A DNA stretch of 52,486 nt, from NCBI GenBank assembly GCA_026195275.1, contig JAPHQU010000008.1, positions 1 through 52,486 of the forward strand, given 5' to 3'. The position numbers and the translations under genes were made by a program. Source of the DNA: Minisyncoccota bacterium. Its GTDB lineage: Bacteria > Patescibacteriota > Minisyncoccia > Phycocordibacterales > JABMNX01. Positions 50,620-52,486 of the stretch are shown here, one piece after another; within the stretch, counting starts at the first letter, position 1; each line of letters begins with the position of its first letter. Under the pieces are notes generated by a model that was given only the letters and a program-made list of their open reading frames with translations, was not told the DNA's origin and did not search any database.

Positions 50620-52095
50620 CTACTGTACGTGATGTTTTTTACGGATCTCGGCGACTGCCTCTTCTTCGAATTTCTCTCGTCGGCGCTTACCATCTTCTCC
50701 ATGTGTCCTGAGTGTCTCCTCGGGTAGCTCGGTGAGCTCCCTCGCACGCTTCCCGAGGTATTCTTCTGTATTTCGCGATGGATCATCGAGCACTTCCTCG
50801 AGAAGTGCGTGAAGAATGTAGCCGATGCGCGGACCCGGCCTCTCACTGAGCTCTTGCATAATGTACGCTCCATCAATCTTGAGCATACCAACCGAGGTTG
50901 GGTCGCGGAGTGCCTCATCAACCATTGATTTATACTTACGAAAACGAAAGGGTTGTGCCTTCGGACGCCCTGAACCGATACGGTCGCAGATACGGAGGTT
51001 TAAGAGATCCCAAATATTCTCCTCACCCACGTTGCGGATCATACGACGCACTGCCGAGAGCGTGATCTTCTCCGGATCGGAGAAGAACATGTGCCAGCGC
51101 ACGAGTTTTACCAGCTTCTCGACCTGTTTCTTTGGGAGTTTAAGATCGTTGAACGCTTTTTTTGCGATACGCGCGCCGACCACCTCGTGTCCGTGAAAGG
51201 TCCAATCCCCTTTTTCCTCTGACCACCGGCGTGTTTCCGGTTTTGAGATGTCGTGATAGAGGCCGGCAAGACGAATGTCGACACTCCACTTCATATCAGC
51301 GCCGTGCTGCATGGTGCGGAGCAGGTGCTCAAAAACGTCGTATTTATGCGCCTGATTTTGCTCAACACCGATTCCTCGCTCGAGGTCAGGTGCGATATAT
51401 GGCAAGAGACCGAGCTTCTGCGCAAAAACAATTGCGTGCATTGGTGTGTCTGAAGCAAGGATGCGCAGAAACTCATCACGAATGCGTTCTTTAGAGATCT
51501 TCCCGAGCTGTGTCGCGTTCTTTACGATAGCATTTGCGGTTTCTGGATCAATGGTGAAGTTGAGTTCTGCCGAGAGGCGTATCGCACGGAGCATGCGGAG
51601 TGCATCTTCTTCAAAACGCTCGTTCGGGTCGCCAACCGCGACGATACTCTTTCTCTTAATATCCTCAGACCCATTGAAAAGGTCGACCAACTCACCTGTC
51701 TTTGGCCGGAATGCGATCGCATTTATGGTAAAGTCGCGGCGCTTCAGGTCATCTTTAAGGTTTTTTGAAAAGTGTACTTCATCCGGTCGGCGCGCATCCG
51801 AGTATGACCCCTCAAGTCGGTATGGTGTCAGCTCAAGCACTTTGAGTGTAGGGTGCTGTGTCTCAAGCACAACACCCACAGTGCCAAAATCGTTCTCGTA
51901 GAACGTTTCCTCAAAAAGCCCTTGGATATCTTCGGGGGTGGCGTCGGTTGCGAAGTCCCAGTCTTTTGGGGCTTTTCCAAGAAGAAGATCGCGCACACAT
52001 CCGCCGACCAAGTACGCTTCAAAACCGGCCCCTTCTAACACCTCAGCAGTGTCATTAATCTCTTTTGGAATTTTCGATGCGGGAATTGTTTTCAT
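50620..52095 (-). CDS. cca: CCA-adding enzyme / poly(A) polymerase family with an HD domain
   Basis: 491 aa. GGCVRDLLLG...DWDFAT nucleotidyltransferase head, RRDFTINA, and an HD segment LYHDISKP. Confidence 0.85.
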   Translation of the reverse strand: MKTIPASKIPKEINDTAEVLEGAGFEAYLVGGCVRDLLLGKAPKDWDFATDATPEDIQGLFEETFYENDFGTVGVVLETQHPTLKVLELTPYRLEGSYSDARRPDEVHFSKNLKDDLKRRDFTINAIAFRPKTGELVDLFNGSEDIKRKSIVAVGDPNERFEEDALRMLRAIRLSAELNFTIDPETANAIVKNATQLGKISKERIRDEFLRILASDTPMHAIVFAQKLGLLPYIAPDLERGIGVEQNQAHKYDVFEHLLRTMQHGADMKWSVDIRLAGLYHDISKPETRRWSEEKGDWTFHGHEVVGARIAKKAFNDLKLPKKQVEKLVKLVRWHMFFSDPEKITLSAVRRMIRNVGEENIWDLLNLRICDRIGSGRPKAQPFRFRKYKSMVDEALRDPTSVGMLKIDGAYIMQELSERPGPRIGYILHALLEEVLDDPSRNTEEYLGKRARELTELPEETLRTHGEDGKRRREKFEEEAVAEIRKKHHVQ

Positions 52096-52116
52096 TAGGT
52101 CAATAATACTCCAAGT

Positions 52117-52145
52117 TTGGCTGTTTTACGAATATGTCGTATAAT
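52117..52145 (+). promoter_or_regulatory. candidate promoter TTGGCT-17-TATAAT upstream of the tRNA pair
   Basis: Perfect -10 hexamer and 17-nt spacer, 75 nt upstream of tRNA-Arg. Confidence 0.4.
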
Positions 52146-52170
52146 TGCGAAGCAGTTTTATTGTACCTGT

Positions 52171-52229
52171 GGTGTGACTTTATTTTGTTACGACCAGAGG
52201 GAGTTAAAAAATAAGAAATGCCCTTGTGG
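52171..52229 (+). repeat. right copy of the roughly 60-nt imperfect direct repeat, overlapping the first 10 nt of tRNA-Arg
   Basis: See 46920-46979. Confidence 0.8.
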
Positions 52230-52291
52230 TGAAATGGATATCACAACGGTCTTCGGAACCGTTATTCTGGGTTCGAATCCTGGCGGGGGCA
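52220..52291 (+). tRNA. tRNA-Arg (anticodon UCG), no encoded CCA
   Basis: Manual cloverleaf. Acceptor GCCCTTG/CGGGGGC (two G-U pairs), D arm GTGA-AATGGATA-TCAC, anticodon arm ACGGT-CTTCGGA-ACCGT, T arm CTGGG-TTCGAAT-CCTGG. Confidence 0.8.
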
Positions 52292-52331
52292 CACGGCGTC
52301 ACTGATTGAATATATTAGATTGACGCATGGA

Positions 52332-52402
52332 GCGGCCATGGTTAAGTGGTATAACAGGTCCTTGCCAAGGATCAGTCGGGAGTTCGATTCTCCCTGGCCG
52401 CA
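52332..52402 (+). tRNA. tRNA-Gly (anticodon GCC), no encoded CCA
   Basis: Acceptor GCGGCCA/TGGCCGC, anticodon arm GGTCC-TTGCCAA-GGATC, T arm GGGAG-TTCGATT-CTCCC. Confidence 0.9.
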
Positions 52403-52414
52403 CATGAAGCACAC

Positions 52415-52440
52415 AAAACCCCTGCGGATGCAGGGGTTTT
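52415..52440 (+). terminator. intrinsic terminator after the tRNA pair
   Basis: aaaacccctgc-ggat-gcaggggtttt. Confidence 0.75.
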
Positions 52441-52486
52441 GTTGTGATTCACTGCGGGAGGAGAATCGAACCGAGGCGACGCGAAG

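Noticed and set aside
52450-52486. GAATCGAACC motif at the window edge suggesting the T-loop of a minus-strand tRNA.
   Set aside because: I could not form a complementary T stem or acceptor stem with the flanking bases, and the rest would lie outside the window.

Overview
Chromosomal window from a small-genome bacterium. Minimal protein versions, CPR/Parcubacteria-style pilin and surface proteins, and tRNA genes without encoded CCA point to a CPR-like lineage, but that lineage call is inference. The standard genetic code fits. The core content is replication, repair and translation genes: ruvA, murE-like, a tsaE-polA-holA operon, ruvB-yebC-ruvC, tyrS, a class A PBP, a dciA-like gene, dnaN and dnaA with DnaA-box clusters (oriC), rpmH-rnpA-yidC, rsmA, pcrA, comM, rpsO, rpsT, xerC/D-like, xth, cca, and four tRNAs (Arg-GCG, Lys-UUU, Arg-UCG, Gly-GCC). 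The main accessory feature is a 14-gene, single-strand cluster at about 23.9-37.1 kb. It encodes a VirB4-type ATPase, a PrgI/VirB3-like protein, a VirB6/TrbL-like polytopic protein, a CPR-type pilin and many secreted or membrane-anchored proteins of unknown family. No relaxase, coupling protein or VirB11 is present in the window. A GIY-YIG nuclease cassette bounded by a 12-bp inverted repeat sits inside this cluster. Other observations: a strongly AT-rich dciA-dnaN-oriC-dnaA block inside a mid-GC context; consensus DnaA boxes far from oriC; three very small ORFs with their own expression signals; a 164-nt structured intergenic element; a roughly 60-bp imperfect direct repeat bracketing the xerC-to-cca segment and abutting tRNA-Arg; two copies of a repeated terminator element; an in-frame TAG separating a DUF4105-like gene from a TPR-like tail; and many -10 boxes placed 5-10 nt from start codons, suggesting leaderless mRNAs. 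No CRISPR array, rRNA or transposase was seen.
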